Below are positions 19,142 to 30,110 of a stretch of DNA of 60,726 nt, piece by piece (the first letter of the stretch is position 1; every line of letters begins with the position of its first letter). This stretch comes from a virus (Duplodnaviria > Caudoviricetes): the IMG/VR virus record IMGVR_UViG_3300007734_000734, positions 1 through 60,726 of that record. One strand, given 5' to 3'. The notes under the pieces are model-generated. The model did not search any database, had not been told where the DNA came from, and saw nothing but the letters and a program-made list of their open reading frames with translations. A program made the position numbers and the translations under genes.

Positions 19142-21988
19142 TTAAGGTATCAGTCCTTTATCTTTTAATTTAAGTATGTTTTTATTAAAATTATCTTTTA
19201 ACATTGGAGTAGAAAATTCTGGTACTATAAATCCATCACTGCCGTTATATGTTAATAAATCTGAATCTACAATCATAAATGATGAATTTAAAGTATTTCT
19301 TCTTATCAAAAATGAATTTATGTCTGTTGTTGCTGGTATGGGGTTATTTAACAATATACTCATAGACATTGGAACAGGCAAGGTATAATCAGTATATGTT
19401 GTAGAAATTATGCCAAATACTTGATTTTCATCCCCTTCAAATCTTATTTCATCTCCTGGTTGAATTGAAAAAGGTAAAAATTTAGAGTAACCTGAGTTTA
19501 AAAAGTCTCCAACGTCATTTTGTTGGGTGAAAGGATTAATTGGATTGTATAATTGTGACATCATAAATGAGCCGGTTAATACTCTATCACGACCAGGAAC
19601 AGAGCCAGTTGTAAAAAAATATGGGCTTGAGAATACTTCTAATATTGAAGTAGCTGGATTTTGTAAAACTCTTATTGTTGATGAAGCTATTTCAAAGTTA
19701 TAATTACCATATCCAAATTCTAAGTATATTTGATATTTATATGTATCTTGTGGGGTAAAATATGGTGAGGTAAAAGTAAAGCTTTGAGTAGCAGAATTAT
19801 TTGTAGGATACTGTGTGTAAAATGAACCTACTTGTGTATATGTAGCTCCATCATCTATTGACATTAATAAATATGGAGTTATTCCTCTATATGTTGAGTT
19901 TGTTCCATAATAAAGATTGAATGGAGAAGAGCCTAAACTCTTAAAATATGCTGTAAAATCAAATTGAAAAGCAATTTGTGTTAAGTTTGAATTTAAATCT
20001 ACTTGAATTGAACTAGATTGATATCCGCCTGAGTCTGTTTGAAATGAAGTATTATTAGCATACACAGAACTGGCTATTTTAAATATATATGATACTGTAT
20101 TGCTAGCATATTGAGATTGAATAAATGGGTAAGGATTTAACACCTGATTTGCTGTTCCTAAATATACACTATTATAATCTGGAATGTTAGAACCACTTGT
20201 TCCAAAAGACATAGTTGGTTGAATATTGTAATTCACTGAGTCGCTGCCTGTTTGGGAGGCTATTATTGGATTAGGATACACTCCTGATCTTATTGTTCTT
20301 CTCATTCCAAAAATGCTTACATCTCCAGATGATGAATTTAATATTATATTATTGTTTTTATTTGATTCAAAATTATCTATTAATGTGTAGTAATATGAAC
20401 TAGTTAAACCAGCAGGGACTATTACTTCTCCATCTTCGTCTATTAAATATTTAATATGCGCAGCCATTTTATTAGTTAATATAGGAGTGGTATCTTGTAA
20501 TTTGTCAAAATAAGCAAAATATGTTTGTAAATTTTTAACTGTTGGAGTATTAGAATAGCCTATGTCTCCTTGTGTCCATATGTTTTCTGACTGTTGAGTT
20601 GTTCTTACACCTTCATATCTTGGTAAAATTTGGGCTCTTAAAGCATAATTGTATTTTTTTACAGGAGCGTATTCTGCGGTTCCTGATATTATTTGAGTTT
20701 GATTAGTAGGAATAATGCCTGTTTCATAGTCTACTTTCATAAAATCTTGATTGTATTCTAATCCTGAAGCGTTACCATATAAAGCATTATAATCATTGTA
20801 TTCAAAATCTTGAGAAAAATCAGGTGAAAAGTAAACTAATTCTAATATACCAGATTGAGGCACAGCTTGTGATTGAGTTACTTTAAATTGAAGATTTGTA
20901 ATATCATAAGGATTAGTATCATCACCAACAAATATTAAAGCATATGTTTCATTTTGTATTGGAGTAAAGGAACCAGATAAAACATAATTTCCTGATCCTC
21001 CAAAAGATTTTACAGCAATGCCTATTCCTGTGTTTAAAGGATCCCTTGTTAACGCGACACTACCTTGATTATCTGTAGTAAAACTAGCTGTGAAATGTAG
21101 TATTTTATTAGGTGTATTATTTAATGTATATATACCTGTTGAGGAATTAAAATATCCTAATGGATTAGTTGTAATTGTAGTAAAACTAGCTGTTGTTAAA
21201 CTATCTACACTCACAGTAAATGAAGAAGAATTAGAAGCACTTATTGCATAATTTAATATTTTACCATCTAATTGATTTTCTACAGTGTAATTGTTTGGAG
21301 AGGTATAAGCATTTAGTTTAAATAAAAAATACGTATTGTATTCTGTCCTATCTATTATAGTATATTGTATGTTAATTCCATTAGAATAATTTATTCTAAT
21401 GTATTGTAGTTGTCGTAAAGTTGTGATTTTATTATCTCCGTCTCCATCAATTAAAGCTATTTTAACATAACTTTGAGGAGTTTGGACAAAAGGATTGGTT
21501 TTATCATCATCTTCAAAATAAAAAAACATTTCTCCACTATTTGGCACAGTAGATGTATTTAAAAAATTATTTAATGGAATTGCATTTACATAAGAACCAC
21601 TGTCGCCAAAATAAAATGTTGGAGTGTAATTATTTGCATTTATAGATGGTTCTAAAAATGGATTATTTTCTGATAAATTACTATTAGAAATAAGCATGGT
21701 AGAACCACTGTATTGTCCATTAATAAATTCATTTTGAGTTGAGTCAATAAATTCAACTATACCAACGGGTGTGTTAACTGAACCTGACCATGATTGGACT
21801 ATGTTTACAAATAAATTAGAAGAAGAAATATTACCTTTTAAATCAGGTAATGAACCACCTGTTCCTACAAATATTGTTTCTATTGGGAAAGACTGTTCGT
21901 CAGTTGATGGAATGTATGTTTTTTGACCATATGATAAAGTAGGGTATGAACATATTGAACTTGTTATGGTTATATCTTTTAATGACAT
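19142..21988 (-). CDS. large virion structural protein (S/T/N-rich)
   Basis: 948 aa, repeated SGS motifs, in structural cluster. Confidence 0.7.
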   Translation of the reverse strand: MSLKDITITSSICSYPTLSYGQKTYIPSTDEQSFPIETIFVGTGGSLPDLKGNISSSNLFVNIVQSWSGSVNTPVGIVEFIDSTQNEFINGQYSGSTMLISNSNLSENNPFLEPSINANNYTPTFYFGDSGSYVNAIPLNNFLNTSTVPNSGEMFFYFEDDDKTNPFVQTPQSYVKIALIDGDGDNKITTLRQLQYIRINYSNGINIQYTIIDRTEYNTYFLFKLNAYTSPNNYTVENQLDGKILNYAISASNSSSFTVSVDSLTTASFTTITTNPLGYFNSSTGIYTLNNTPNKILHFTASFTTDNQGSVALTRDPLNTGIGIAVKSFGGSGNYVLSGSFTPIQNETYALIFVGDDTNPYDITNLQFKVTQSQAVPQSGILELVYFSPDFSQDFEYNDYNALYGNASGLEYNQDFMKVDYETGIIPTNQTQIISGTAEYAPVKKYNYALRAQILPRYEGVRTTQQSENIWTQGDIGYSNTPTVKNLQTYFAYFDKLQDTTPILTNKMAAHIKYLIDEDGEVIVPAGLTSSYYYTLIDNFESNKNNNIILNSSSGDVSIFGMRRTIRSGVYPNPIIASQTGSDSVNYNIQPTMSFGTSGSNIPDYNSVYLGTANQVLNPYPFIQSQYASNTVSYIFKIASSVYANNTSFQTDSGGYQSSSIQVDLNSNLTQIAFQFDFTAYFKSLGSSPFNLYYGTNSTYRGITPYLLMSIDDGATYTQVGSFYTQYPTNNSATQSFTFTSPYFTPQDTYKYQIYLEFGYGNYNFEIASSTIRVLQNPATSILEVFSSPYFFTTGSVPGRDRVLTGSFMMSQLYNPINPFTQQNDVGDFLNSGYSKFLPFSIQPGDEIRFEGDENQVFGIISTTYTDYTLPVPMSMSILLNNPIPATTDINSFLIRRNTLNSSFMIVDSDLLTYNGSDGFIVPEFSTPMLKDNFNKNILKLKDKGLIP

Positions 21989-24900
21989 TAATATGGTATG
22001 TTAAATTCTGTTGAAGTTGGACTACATACAAATGTAATATTTGTATTTATGTTCATTTGAGGTAATGGATATTTATTTCTTTCTAATAAAGTTTGTTTGA
22101 TAACTATACCTGTTGTTAATCCTGCTCTTGATGGTGTAAAATCTTTAATCATTTTAAATAAAGAATTATCATAAAATTTAATTAATCTTATATAATCCCA
22201 TAAATTATAACTATGGGTGTACTTAGAAAAATATTCATCTCTTATTTTATTAAAATCAGGATAATAATTTAATGATGAAGATACTTGTCTTGGATCACCA
22301 ATATACTTACCTATGTTGAAATTTCCAAGCTGAGATATAATATCATCGTTAATTTCATCTTGGGGTGAGAAAGCTACTTCTACATAATTTATGTTTTTAG
22401 TAAAATTTTCTTCTGTAAATGATTTTTGTTGAATTGATATATAGTGAGATAATGTGTTTCCAGAGGGTAAAACATGATCTATTATTTTAATTTTTTCACT
22501 AACTGAATTTTTTATGCCTGAGTGAAATTGATCTTGATACATTATTTCATAGTTAGGTTCAAATGTAAATGAACCTGACAAAAAATAATTGCTGTTTCCT
22601 ATTAAAAAAGAAGCGGTAGATGGAATTTGACTAATTGAAGGATGAATAGAAACTCTAGTCAATGAACTAGTATCATTGTCTAACATTGTGCCTAATGGAG
22701 CCCTGAATAGTAAAGTGTTAAAAGAAGACTCTGCACCTGTTAAGTCATTTCCTTCTATTGAATATGGATTCATTACATAATCATTAAATGACGTTTCATT
22801 TAAAAAATTACTGTACATTCTAAACTCTTGGAATGAACCTGAAAAAGGATAATATGTTTTTCCAGCTATACTTTTACTACTTGTGTAAGAAAGATATATT
22901 AAACCAGTTAATGCTTCATCATAAAGTATACTAGATGAACCTTGGAATCCTATATTATTACTATCATATCCATCATATATGTTATTTTTAGCATATAATT
23001 TATTATATGTAGTTGCGTCACTTATATCATATTTTGACATTACTGACCACCATCCTTCGTCAAAAAAAGGCAAGTAAATACTAGATGATTCATTATTTAC
23101 TAAATTTATAAATTTTAATGTTCCGTAAGTATTATATGGATCAACTATTGAACCGGAGTAAGAGCCACTAGCATATCTTGAACCAGTGTATTCTAATGTT
23201 ATAGTGTATAAATCATTGTACACTAAGGTTTGGTAATAAGGAGTAACATCCGGTATTCCATTTGTTTTAAATCTAAATTCTATAGAATTTGGATCTCCTA
23301 AAATTGAACTAGTAAGATATGTGTACATGTAACCACTGCCTTCAGTGTGAAAAGCATAATTAAACTGATCTACAAAATTATCCCAATTACTTGATGTTGA
23401 TGTTGATTTTCCTCCAAATTCATTTATGCGTAAAATAGTATCTGTAACTCCGTATATGTTAAGAAGTACTCTTAATCCTTCAGGTGTGCCTTTTTTCTTT
23501 AACAGTAAAGGTAAATTATGGTATATTCTTTTGTAAATTTCTTTATTTACATCATCTAATGGTTCTAAAGAGTTTAAATCTGAAGATGTAACAAATGTAT
23601 TTATGTATTCATATCCTGTTGGAGTTGGTAAAGATCCTGTTATGTAAGGTATATTTATGTTACTTCCTGATGGAGTTAATCCTAATAGTGATGAATATAT
23701 GTCTGTTGATGAAAAATTATTTTGATAAATTTTTACACCTAAATCTCTTATAGCTTGTGCTACTAGATCTTTTGAAATGCCATAATTTAATCTATTATCT
23801 GCGTTAAATTTATTAGTAATGTCTTTTAAATATATCCATACATTGTCAAAATTTTGTCCTACCATTTGAACAAATAAATGGTATGGTTTATTTAAAGAAT
23901 CTTCTCTTAAATATGTTGGAATAGAATTTATTAAAGCATCATTGTTATTGTCATCAAAATAAGAAGCAGAAATTGATTGTGTTGTAAACCAATTTATAGA
24001 TGTTAAAGATGTAGTGTTATAATTTACATAAGGCGCAGTTAAATTAGTTTTGGGCCATGCATGACTTTCTGATGAAAAGTATAAGTAGTATTCATATCCA
24101 TCAAAATTTGTTATAATGTCATTTATTTTATTGTCCCAAATTATTTGACTTCCTGATGTATAGTTATTTATTGGTGAGGTATTAGATAAATTACTATTAT
24201 AAGTGTATTCTTCTATTAAAGATAATTTATAGTAAAAATTTTCTAATCGTGTTTGAGCGGATGAAAAATGAGTAAACTCGGAGTAATCATTATAATCTAC
24301 ATTTATTTCTATTCCTTTTTCAATTAATAAACTGTTAATTTGAGACAATAAACTTCCTGATCCATTTATTGAGCTATTTTGTTGTAATGTACTTTGATTA
24401 ACATACGATGTTGTGTTATTAACTTGATCTTTAATGTCTAGATTATAATTAGGGCCACTAATGTATTTTAATTGTTCTTCATAAGAATAAATTGTTTGTA
24501 ATGCAATTTGATAAGCTTGAGATTCTGCTATTTGTTCTACAATCCAACATTTAGATTGATATGTAAATTCACTAGGTAAAGGTTCATATAATTTAATTAA
24601 TACAGTTGGATAATCAGAAGCGTCTAAAAGTACATTATTGGCTATAATTAATTTATTGTCTCCAAAATTTAAATAAAAATCTTGAAAGGAATTTGGTGAA
24701 CTGTGTATTTCAGATATAAATTGAGAAGTTAATGTAATTACATCTGTATTTGAAATAGCTGTAGTACCTAATCTTAATTCTGTTCTGTCTGAACTTATGT
24801 CTTGTATGTAAAAAACTTTATCTGGAGATGATGATATTTTTCTTTTTAAAAAATTATATAAAGTATAGTATTCTCCTTCTCCAAACCCTTGTAATTCTAA

Positions 24901-25143
24901 ATCTAATTGGGGATCTATAACTATATTATTACCTTGAACAGTATAATTTAAATATCCTGTTACATTACTATATACAATGTTTTTATTAGGATCTAAAATA
25001 AAATATTCTAAATAATCTTCATTATGGTCAAAAATAACGTCTACTGTATAGTTAGTTATGAGAGATTCATCTGCATTAGAATAATTTTGTAATTGAAAAT
25101 TATTTGGGTCTAAATTTTGTATGTTTACTATTTTATCTATCAT
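21988..25143 (-). CDS. baseplate wedge-like structural protein
   Basis: 1051 aa; LLKKKGTPEGLRVLLNIYG...INE resembles gpI/gp7-type wedge motif. Confidence 0.7.
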   Translation of the reverse strand: MIDKIVNIQNLDPNNFQLQNYSNADESLITNYTVDVIFDHNEDYLEYFILDPNKNIVYSNVTGYLNYTVQGNNIVIDPQLDLELQGFGEGEYYTLYNFLKRKISSSPDKVFYIQDISSDRTELRLGTTAISNTDVITLTSQFISEIHSSPNSFQDFYLNFGDNKLIIANNVLLDASDYPTVLIKLYEPLPSEFTYQSKCWIVEQIAESQAYQIALQTIYSYEEQLKYISGPNYNLDIKDQVNNTTSYVNQSTLQQNSSINGSGSLLSQINSLLIEKGIEINVDYNDYSEFTHFSSAQTRLENFYYKLSLIEEYTYNSNLSNTSPINNYTSGSQIIWDNKINDIITNFDGYEYYLYFSSESHAWPKTNLTAPYVNYNTTSLTSINWFTTQSISASYFDDNNNDALINSIPTYLREDSLNKPYHLFVQMVGQNFDNVWIYLKDITNKFNADNRLNYGISKDLVAQAIRDLGVKIYQNNFSSTDIYSSLLGLTPSGSNINIPYITGSLPTPTGYEYINTFVTSSDLNSLEPLDDVNKEIYKRIYHNLPLLLKKKGTPEGLRVLLNIYGVTDTILRINEFGGKSTSTSSNWDNFVDQFNYAFHTEGSGYMYTYLTSSILGDPNSIEFRFKTNGIPDVTPYYQTLVYNDLYTITLEYTGSRYASGSYSGSIVDPYNTYGTLKFINLVNNESSSIYLPFFDEGWWSVMSKYDISDATTYNKLYAKNNIYDGYDSNNIGFQGSSSILYDEALTGLIYLSYTSSKSIAGKTYYPFSGSFQEFRMYSNFLNETSFNDYVMNPYSIEGNDLTGAESSFNTLLFRAPLGTMLDNDTSSLTRVSIHPSISQIPSTASFLIGNSNYFLSGSFTFEPNYEIMYQDQFHSGIKNSVSEKIKIIDHVLPSGNTLSHYISIQQKSFTEENFTKNINYVEVAFSPQDEINDDIISQLGNFNIGKYIGDPRQVSSSLNYYPDFNKIRDEYFSKYTHSYNLWDYIRLIKFYDNSLFKMIKDFTPSRAGLTTGIVIKQTLLERNKYPLPQMNINTNITFVCSPTSTEFNIPY

Positions 25144-25502
25144 AATGAACTAGAAATTTGAAAATTCAGTAATTGTTGATTAATTTCTAAATTTTGTTGT
25201 TGCAATAAATTAATTTCTTCAATTAATGCTTGAATGTCACTGTTTACAGCATTTGAACCTACATATTCTGTACTTTGTTTTATAAGATATTCATGTGAAT
25301 TTTCTTCCCCATGTTTTGGAATTTGTAAGAAAATCTGATTATATGTTTGGAAAAAACCATCATTTGAATTTAAAATGTCAGAAGGTGAGGGTGGAGCGTA
25401 TGTTTGTGTTGATTTAATTAGTTGAGAAAAAGAAGTATCTATAACTCTTTCATACTGATTTTTGGAAAATGTTTTTTTATTTAAATTTAACTTTTCTTCC
25501 AT
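25140..25502 (-). CDS. hypothetical structural-cluster protein with C-terminal coiled coil
   Basis: 120 aa, overlapping start/stop with neighbours. Confidence 0.75.
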   Translation of the reverse strand: MEEKLNLNKKTFSKNQYERVIDTSFSQLIKSTQTYAPPSPSDILNSNDGFFQTYNQIFLQIPKHGEENSHEYLIKQSTEYVGSNAVNSDIQALIEEINLLQQQNLEINQQLLNFQISSSL

Positions 25503-26617
25503 TACCCATTAATTATTTTAAAGTTATAATTATCATCTAATATAATAGTGTTATCATCAATTATAACTTTAATTATAATTTTATAATAACGTTCTGGTTC
25601 TAAACCATTCATAAAAATCTTAAAATAACTACTTTTTTCGTCAGCGCTTATTTTAGTGTAAACATCATCAAAATCTACTACAAATTCATTTGTGTACACA
25701 TCTTTTACTGCGTACCATGAATTATCTTCAGGTAAATAATAATTTGTAACATATATTGAAGATGTTGAGAATGTTCTAGTAGGATATTCAGGTCTAACAT
25801 GCATTCTAAATTCATTAATGCTGTCTAAATAAAACACACCAGGATTATTTTGTAATGCGGCTGTAAGTGGTAAAGTATCTATTACACTTAATGTTGATGA
25901 ACCTGTATTCCAAATGTAGTCTTCCCATTTAAATTCTAAACATGGTGGATAAATTGTATGGGTGTCTATAGAAAAATACTTTAACTTTGGTTGTGTATTT
26001 TCATCATTAATGAATTCATCTTGTTGTTTAACAATGAATCCATTGTTAGGTATAGAACTACTGTACCATTTAGAGGTAATGTTAGTAACATTTATGTTAA
26101 CGTCTTTATCACCATAATAAGTGAATAATTGAGAACCACTTAAAGATTGAGTCACATACCAAGTAGCTCCTCCTGGTTCTACTGATGGTGAATATGAACC
26201 TGTTGAGCCAACAGCAAATGAACTAATAGCCCATGCTGTTCCTCCTTGATAATCTCTCCAAATCCAACTTGCCCCATTTTGTGTTTCAGGTAAATTTCCA
26301 AATCGTCCTGTGCCCATATTCCATGATTGAGAAACTGGGTATATTTCGACTGTAGTATTTGAATTTAAAGCTGTAACATTTGCAGTAAGACATTTTACAT
26401 TAGACTGCCATTGTGAGCCAGATATTTTATTGTCAATTACATCTGCTATTTCATCAGATGAAAATTGAATTAGAAAACGACTTGCTTGAGGAGAAGGTGT
26501 TGCTAGTGCTCCTACTTCTAAAGATGCTTCTAAAATTTCATCTAATCCTGTATTCATTTCTGGATACATGGAATATAGAGTTGTGTCTTGTGTTGGAAAT
26601 AATTTATATACAGCCAT
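25502..26617 (-). CDS. virion structural protein (DNRLRE/CBM96-like domain)
   Basis: DTTLYS...NTGLDEILE...SRFLIQF...NNGFIVK...P-L pattern. Confidence 0.65.
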   Translation of the reverse strand: MAVYKLFPTQDTTLYSMYPEMNTGLDEILEASLEVGALATPSPQASRFLIQFSSDEIADVIDNKISGSQWQSNVKCLTANVTALNSNTTVEIYPVSQSWNMGTGRFGNLPETQNGASWIWRDYQGGTAWAISSFAVGSTGSYSPSVEPGGATWYVTQSLSGSQLFTYYGDKDVNINVTNITSKWYSSSIPNNGFIVKQQDEFINDENTQPKLKYFSIDTHTIYPPCLEFKWEDYIWNTGSSTLSVIDTLPLTAALQNNPGVFYLDSINEFRMHVRPEYPTRTFSTSSIYVTNYYLPEDNSWYAVKDVYTNEFVVDFDDVYTKISADEKSSYFKIFMNGLEPERYYKIIIKVIIDDNTIILDDNYNFKIING

Positions 26618-26633
26618 TTTTTTTATTTAATAT

Positions 26634-28484
26634 TTAATAATTAACACAACGACCATTAATATCTTGGTTTGGATATCTGACTTCGAATATCATAGGATCT
26701 AATGAAGGATAAATGGTGTTGTTTTTAGTTGCACCTGATATATCATACGCCCAATCAGAATAACCTAAATTTGCACCTACTTTATTTGATATATTTATTG
26801 TTTTAACAGTTTGAACTCCTTCTATTTTATCTAAAAGAATGTATAATTCTCTTAAAATAATAGGCTGGTTAATTTGCCAATTATCTATTTTAAAATATGT
26901 TTGTAAAGCACTTATACACTTTGTTAATATTTCATTACTATTGTAATTTGGAAGAATAATAATGTCAAAATTAATTCCTATGTTAACAATAAATCCATCT
27001 TTAATATTAACAGCATCGTTTATCATTCGATATTGTGAAAGATAAGTAATAATATTTTGTTTTAAAGCTAAAGAAGCATAGTCTAATTTTTTACTTATAT
27101 TATATGATAGTATATATAAATCTAAAATGCCTACAGATTCACCTATAGATACATTTTGAAGTTTTGTTGGTTCTATGTACGCTTTAGATATGTTACCATA
27201 TTTAGCAGGCATGCTTAACACTCTTACTAAATAATCATCTTGTGTCACAGTTCGTAGTTGACTAGCAAAATTAGCAGATGAATTTTGTCTTATTTCTTCT
27301 ATTGAGTCCCCATCTCCTCCTCCTGAAGCTGCTTGGGGGTTTGTAACTGATAATGAAGCAAATATATCATTAGCTGTATTTGGGTTTAAATTATTATTTG
27401 AAAATAAAGGAGTACTATTTAATTTAGTTAAAGAATTAGCTATTACATTCGCTTTAACTCCTCCTCCTGTTAAATACCTAAATGTAAGAGTAGTATTTGA
27501 AGGTGCAATCCCATAAGTATCTGTAAATAAGAAGTTAGTAGGGGAATATGCCGTTGTAAGTTTAGTTTGTTCAAAAGGTAAGCCAATACCTACATTATCT
27601 GGATTAGGAATTATATTTTCATCTACATCTGATGTTGTTCCTGCACCAAATTGTATTTGTAAAGTAGTTGAATTTTTAAGACGAGTAGTGAATCTTCTTT
27701 GTACTTTTTTTAATTTTAATAAATAAGGAGCGTCATTATTATATTGAGATAAGTTAGGATCATTAAAATTTGTATTTTTAATAGAATTATAAATCATTTC
27801 TTGGCCTAAATAATCTACTTCATACCATATATTTCCATCTGAATCTACACAGTCTAAAACACTAATTAAATTTGTAGCGTTTATTTCTACTGTTGAAAAT
27901 TTTACTGGTGAACCAAACGAAAATGTTTGTGTAATAATAGTAGAAGAAATAGCCTTACGAGATTTTTTTAATAAGTAATATGTTGGATTTCCTCCTGAAA
28001 TTTCATATACTGTGATTTCAGTAGGATCTCCTGAGCCGGAAACTGAAAAATCTACTGGGTCGTTTACTAAAAATAAAACTCCGTTTGTTTGTGAAACTGT
28101 AGAGTTTGCATTAATAAGTAAAGTATAATCAAAATCAGGTATATATGTTGAGCCAGATAATTTTGATGGAACTTTTTGGTAAAAATCAATGTATGTAGTG
28201 GCTATTCCTGTCATATTTGGTTTATAACCAAACATATAAGCTAATTCAAATAAGTTATTTGACTGTCTAGCGAATTGTAAGTAGTTCTCTTGTACTTGAT
28301 TGTCTAAATAAAATGATAATACATCACCTACATATGCTGCCATCTCTATGAACATCATACCTGGGGAAGTAGGACTAAAGTCGTTGTATGTAGTTGGAAA
28401 ATAAGTTTTAGTATAATCTATAAGATTACCTCTAAACTCATCAAAGTTTTTATTTATATATTTTATGTTCTTATTGGAAGCCAT
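26634..28484 (-). CDS. baseplate wedge subunit (T4 gp6 / baseplate J-like)
   Basis: NDFS...GMMFIEMAAYVGDVLSFYLD; IQFGAG; YLTGGG; GGGDGDSIEEIR; RTVTQDDY. Confidence 0.9.
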   Translation of the reverse strand: MASNKNIKYINKNFDEFRGNLIDYTKTYFPTTYNDFSPTSPGMMFIEMAAYVGDVLSFYLDNQVQENYLQFARQSNNLFELAYMFGYKPNMTGIATTYIDFYQKVPSKLSGSTYIPDFDYTLLINANSTVSQTNGVLFLVNDPVDFSVSGSGDPTEITVYEISGGNPTYYLLKKSRKAISSTIITQTFSFGSPVKFSTVEINATNLISVLDCVDSDGNIWYEVDYLGQEMIYNSIKNTNFNDPNLSQYNNDAPYLLKLKKVQRRFTTRLKNSTTLQIQFGAGTTSDVDENIIPNPDNVGIGLPFEQTKLTTAYSPTNFLFTDTYGIAPSNTTLTFRYLTGGGVKANVIANSLTKLNSTPLFSNNNLNPNTANDIFASLSVTNPQAASGGGDGDSIEEIRQNSSANFASQLRTVTQDDYLVRVLSMPAKYGNISKAYIEPTKLQNVSIGESVGILDLYILSYNISKKLDYASLALKQNIITYLSQYRMINDAVNIKDGFIVNIGINFDIIILPNYNSNEILTKCISALQTYFKIDNWQINQPIILRELYILLDKIEGVQTVKTINISNKVGANLGYSDWAYDISGATKNNTIYPSLDPMIFEVRYPNQDINGRCVNY

Positions 28485-28891
28485 TATGCAAAATTTATTT
28501 GGATTATGTCACTAATATTAAAATTTTTAATACTATATCTTAATATAATATCTATTTCATTATTATCATATGATGGTTTAATGTCTAATGTGTCTATAGA
28601 AAGATTTGGAAAGTATGATTGAATGTAAGATTGAATGTAAGATTTAATGTCTTCTGTGTTTATAGATGATATTTGAGAAAAAAGAAATTGTCTTAAATCA
28701 GGAAATAAATTATTATTCATGTATCTTTCAGAAGAATTAGTTAAAAAGAAATTTAATAAATTATTTCTTATAGCATCTTTAGTAGTATAATTTGAAAAAA
28801 ATACTGAGCCATTATTAAAAGGTATGTTAATTCCAACACCTGTTCCAGGTTGTGTGTCTATTGGAAAAATTTGTATTGGGGCAGTTGCCAT
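28484..28891 (-). CDS. baseplate gp25-like protein
   Basis: IRNNLLNFFLT...ERY...LRQFLF; position upstream of gp6-like gene. Confidence 0.8.
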   Translation of the reverse strand: MATAPIQIFPIDTQPGTGVGINIPFNNGSVFFSNYTTKDAIRNNLLNFFLTNSSERYMNNNLFPDLRQFLFSQISSINTEDIKSYIQSYIQSYFPNLSIDTLDIKPSYDNNEIDIILRYSIKNFNISDIIQINFA

Positions 28892-29250
28892 TATCTTTTA
28901 ATTAAATTCATTATTTGATCTAAACCTAATTGTCCTTCAGGTAAAGCACTTCCTTCAGACATTGTGTTTACAGGTCCATTAACTTTAAATTCTCCGTCAA
29001 ATCCTGACTTAGGGCCTTGTGCCATTTCTCCTAAAATGTCCATGTAAGCTTGTTTAGTATTTACATTAGGTTTAGATTGATGTTGAATTGCATTAGTGTT
29101 AAAGTTTAACGTTCTCGTATCTTCTTGATATGATTCATTAATAGACTGTTTATTTCCTTTAATAGCTTCTAAAAGAATACTTTTTAATTCTTCTTGAATT
29201 GCTTCTTTTACTGCTTCTTTTATTATTTTTTTAAAAATATCTGTTTTCAT
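28891..29250 (-). CDS. hypothetical late protein (KKIIKEAVKEAIQEE leader)
   Basis: 119 aa; ATATTTAT at 29256-29263. Confidence 0.8.
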   Translation of the reverse strand: MKTDIFKKIIKEAVKEAIQEELKSILLEAIKGNKQSINESYQEDTRTLNFNTNAIQHQSKPNVNTKQAYMDILGEMAQGPKSGFDGEFKVNGPVNTMSEGSALPEGQLGLDQIMNLIKR

Positions 29251-29267
29251 TTATTATAAATATTGAA

Positions 29268-30110
29268 TTAATATGCTTTTAAATTTTTTGAGTTGATTAT
29301 TATTTTAAGTTCTTCGATTAGTACTTGTGATGATGTTGTAAATGATAAAGGTGTTTGTAATAATATAATACCTTGTTTATTTTTTGCTACTCCTTTTATT
29401 CTTTTTACTGTTGGTGTGTATTGTTCTTCTACTATACCTAATGTAAATCCTTTATATATTTCTTCATTAACATCATTATTAACATTATTAACATTATTAA
29501 CATCTTTATATTTTTGTTCTACTGTTTGTAAATAATCATTCATTGGTGTTAAAGATTCAGGAGTTATTTTACATTTTATTAAATATTTATCTATTGAATT
29601 TAGCAATTCAATTAATTTAAATAAAATAATATTAGTAAAATCTAATGCTAAAGCTATGTTACTTATGTTATTATTAATTTTACTTAATTTAGGACTTAAT
29701 GTTTCTATAAAAGTTTGTGAGTTTAATAAAAAAGCAAGTACAGCTCCTGGTGGAGAAGCCGGTGGTGGAATTAAGGTTATTGCTGCTGTAGTAGTATTTT
29801 TGGCAGTTTTCAAAGTGTCTAAAATAGTAGATGTAGAATTTGATATTAATGATAAAGAAGTAGTTGTTAAACTTAATATTTGAATAGTTTTAGATGTAGG
29901 ATTTAATATGTCTAACATGTTATTTCTTAAAGTTAAAATTTTATCTAACTCAGTTGCAGTAAGACAAACATCTGGAGTTTGTGATTCTGGGGTTCCTATA
30001 TTTTTGATGCCCGTATCATATGCTATTTTCATAGCTGTTGGAATTAATTTTTTTATTAATTCTTGACCTTTTTTGGCTATTAAGTTAGGGATTTTTTCTT
30101 GACCTTGCAT
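29268..30110 (-). CDS. hypothetical structural-cluster protein
   Basis: 280 aa; short 9-bp tandem repeat encoding NNV repeats. Confidence 0.75.
   Translation of the reverse strand: MQGQEKIPNLIAKKGQELIKKLIPTAMKIAYDTGIKNIGTPESQTPDVCLTATELDKILTLRNNMLDILNPTSKTIQILSLTTTSLSLISNSTSTILDTLKTAKNTTTAAITLIPPPASPPGAVLAFLLNSQTFIETLSPKLSKINNNISNIALALDFTNIILFKLIELLNSIDKYLIKCKITPESLTPMNDYLQTVEQKYKDVNNVNNVNNDVNEEIYKGFTLGIVEEQYTPTVKRIKGVAKNKQGIILLQTPLSFTTSSQVLIEELKIIINSKNLKAY

Noticed and set aside
29467-29504. 9-bp tandem repeat (and 12-bp repeat near 28615-28645)
   Set aside because: In-frame low-complexity coding repeats (NNV, SYIQ) with no sign of phase variation
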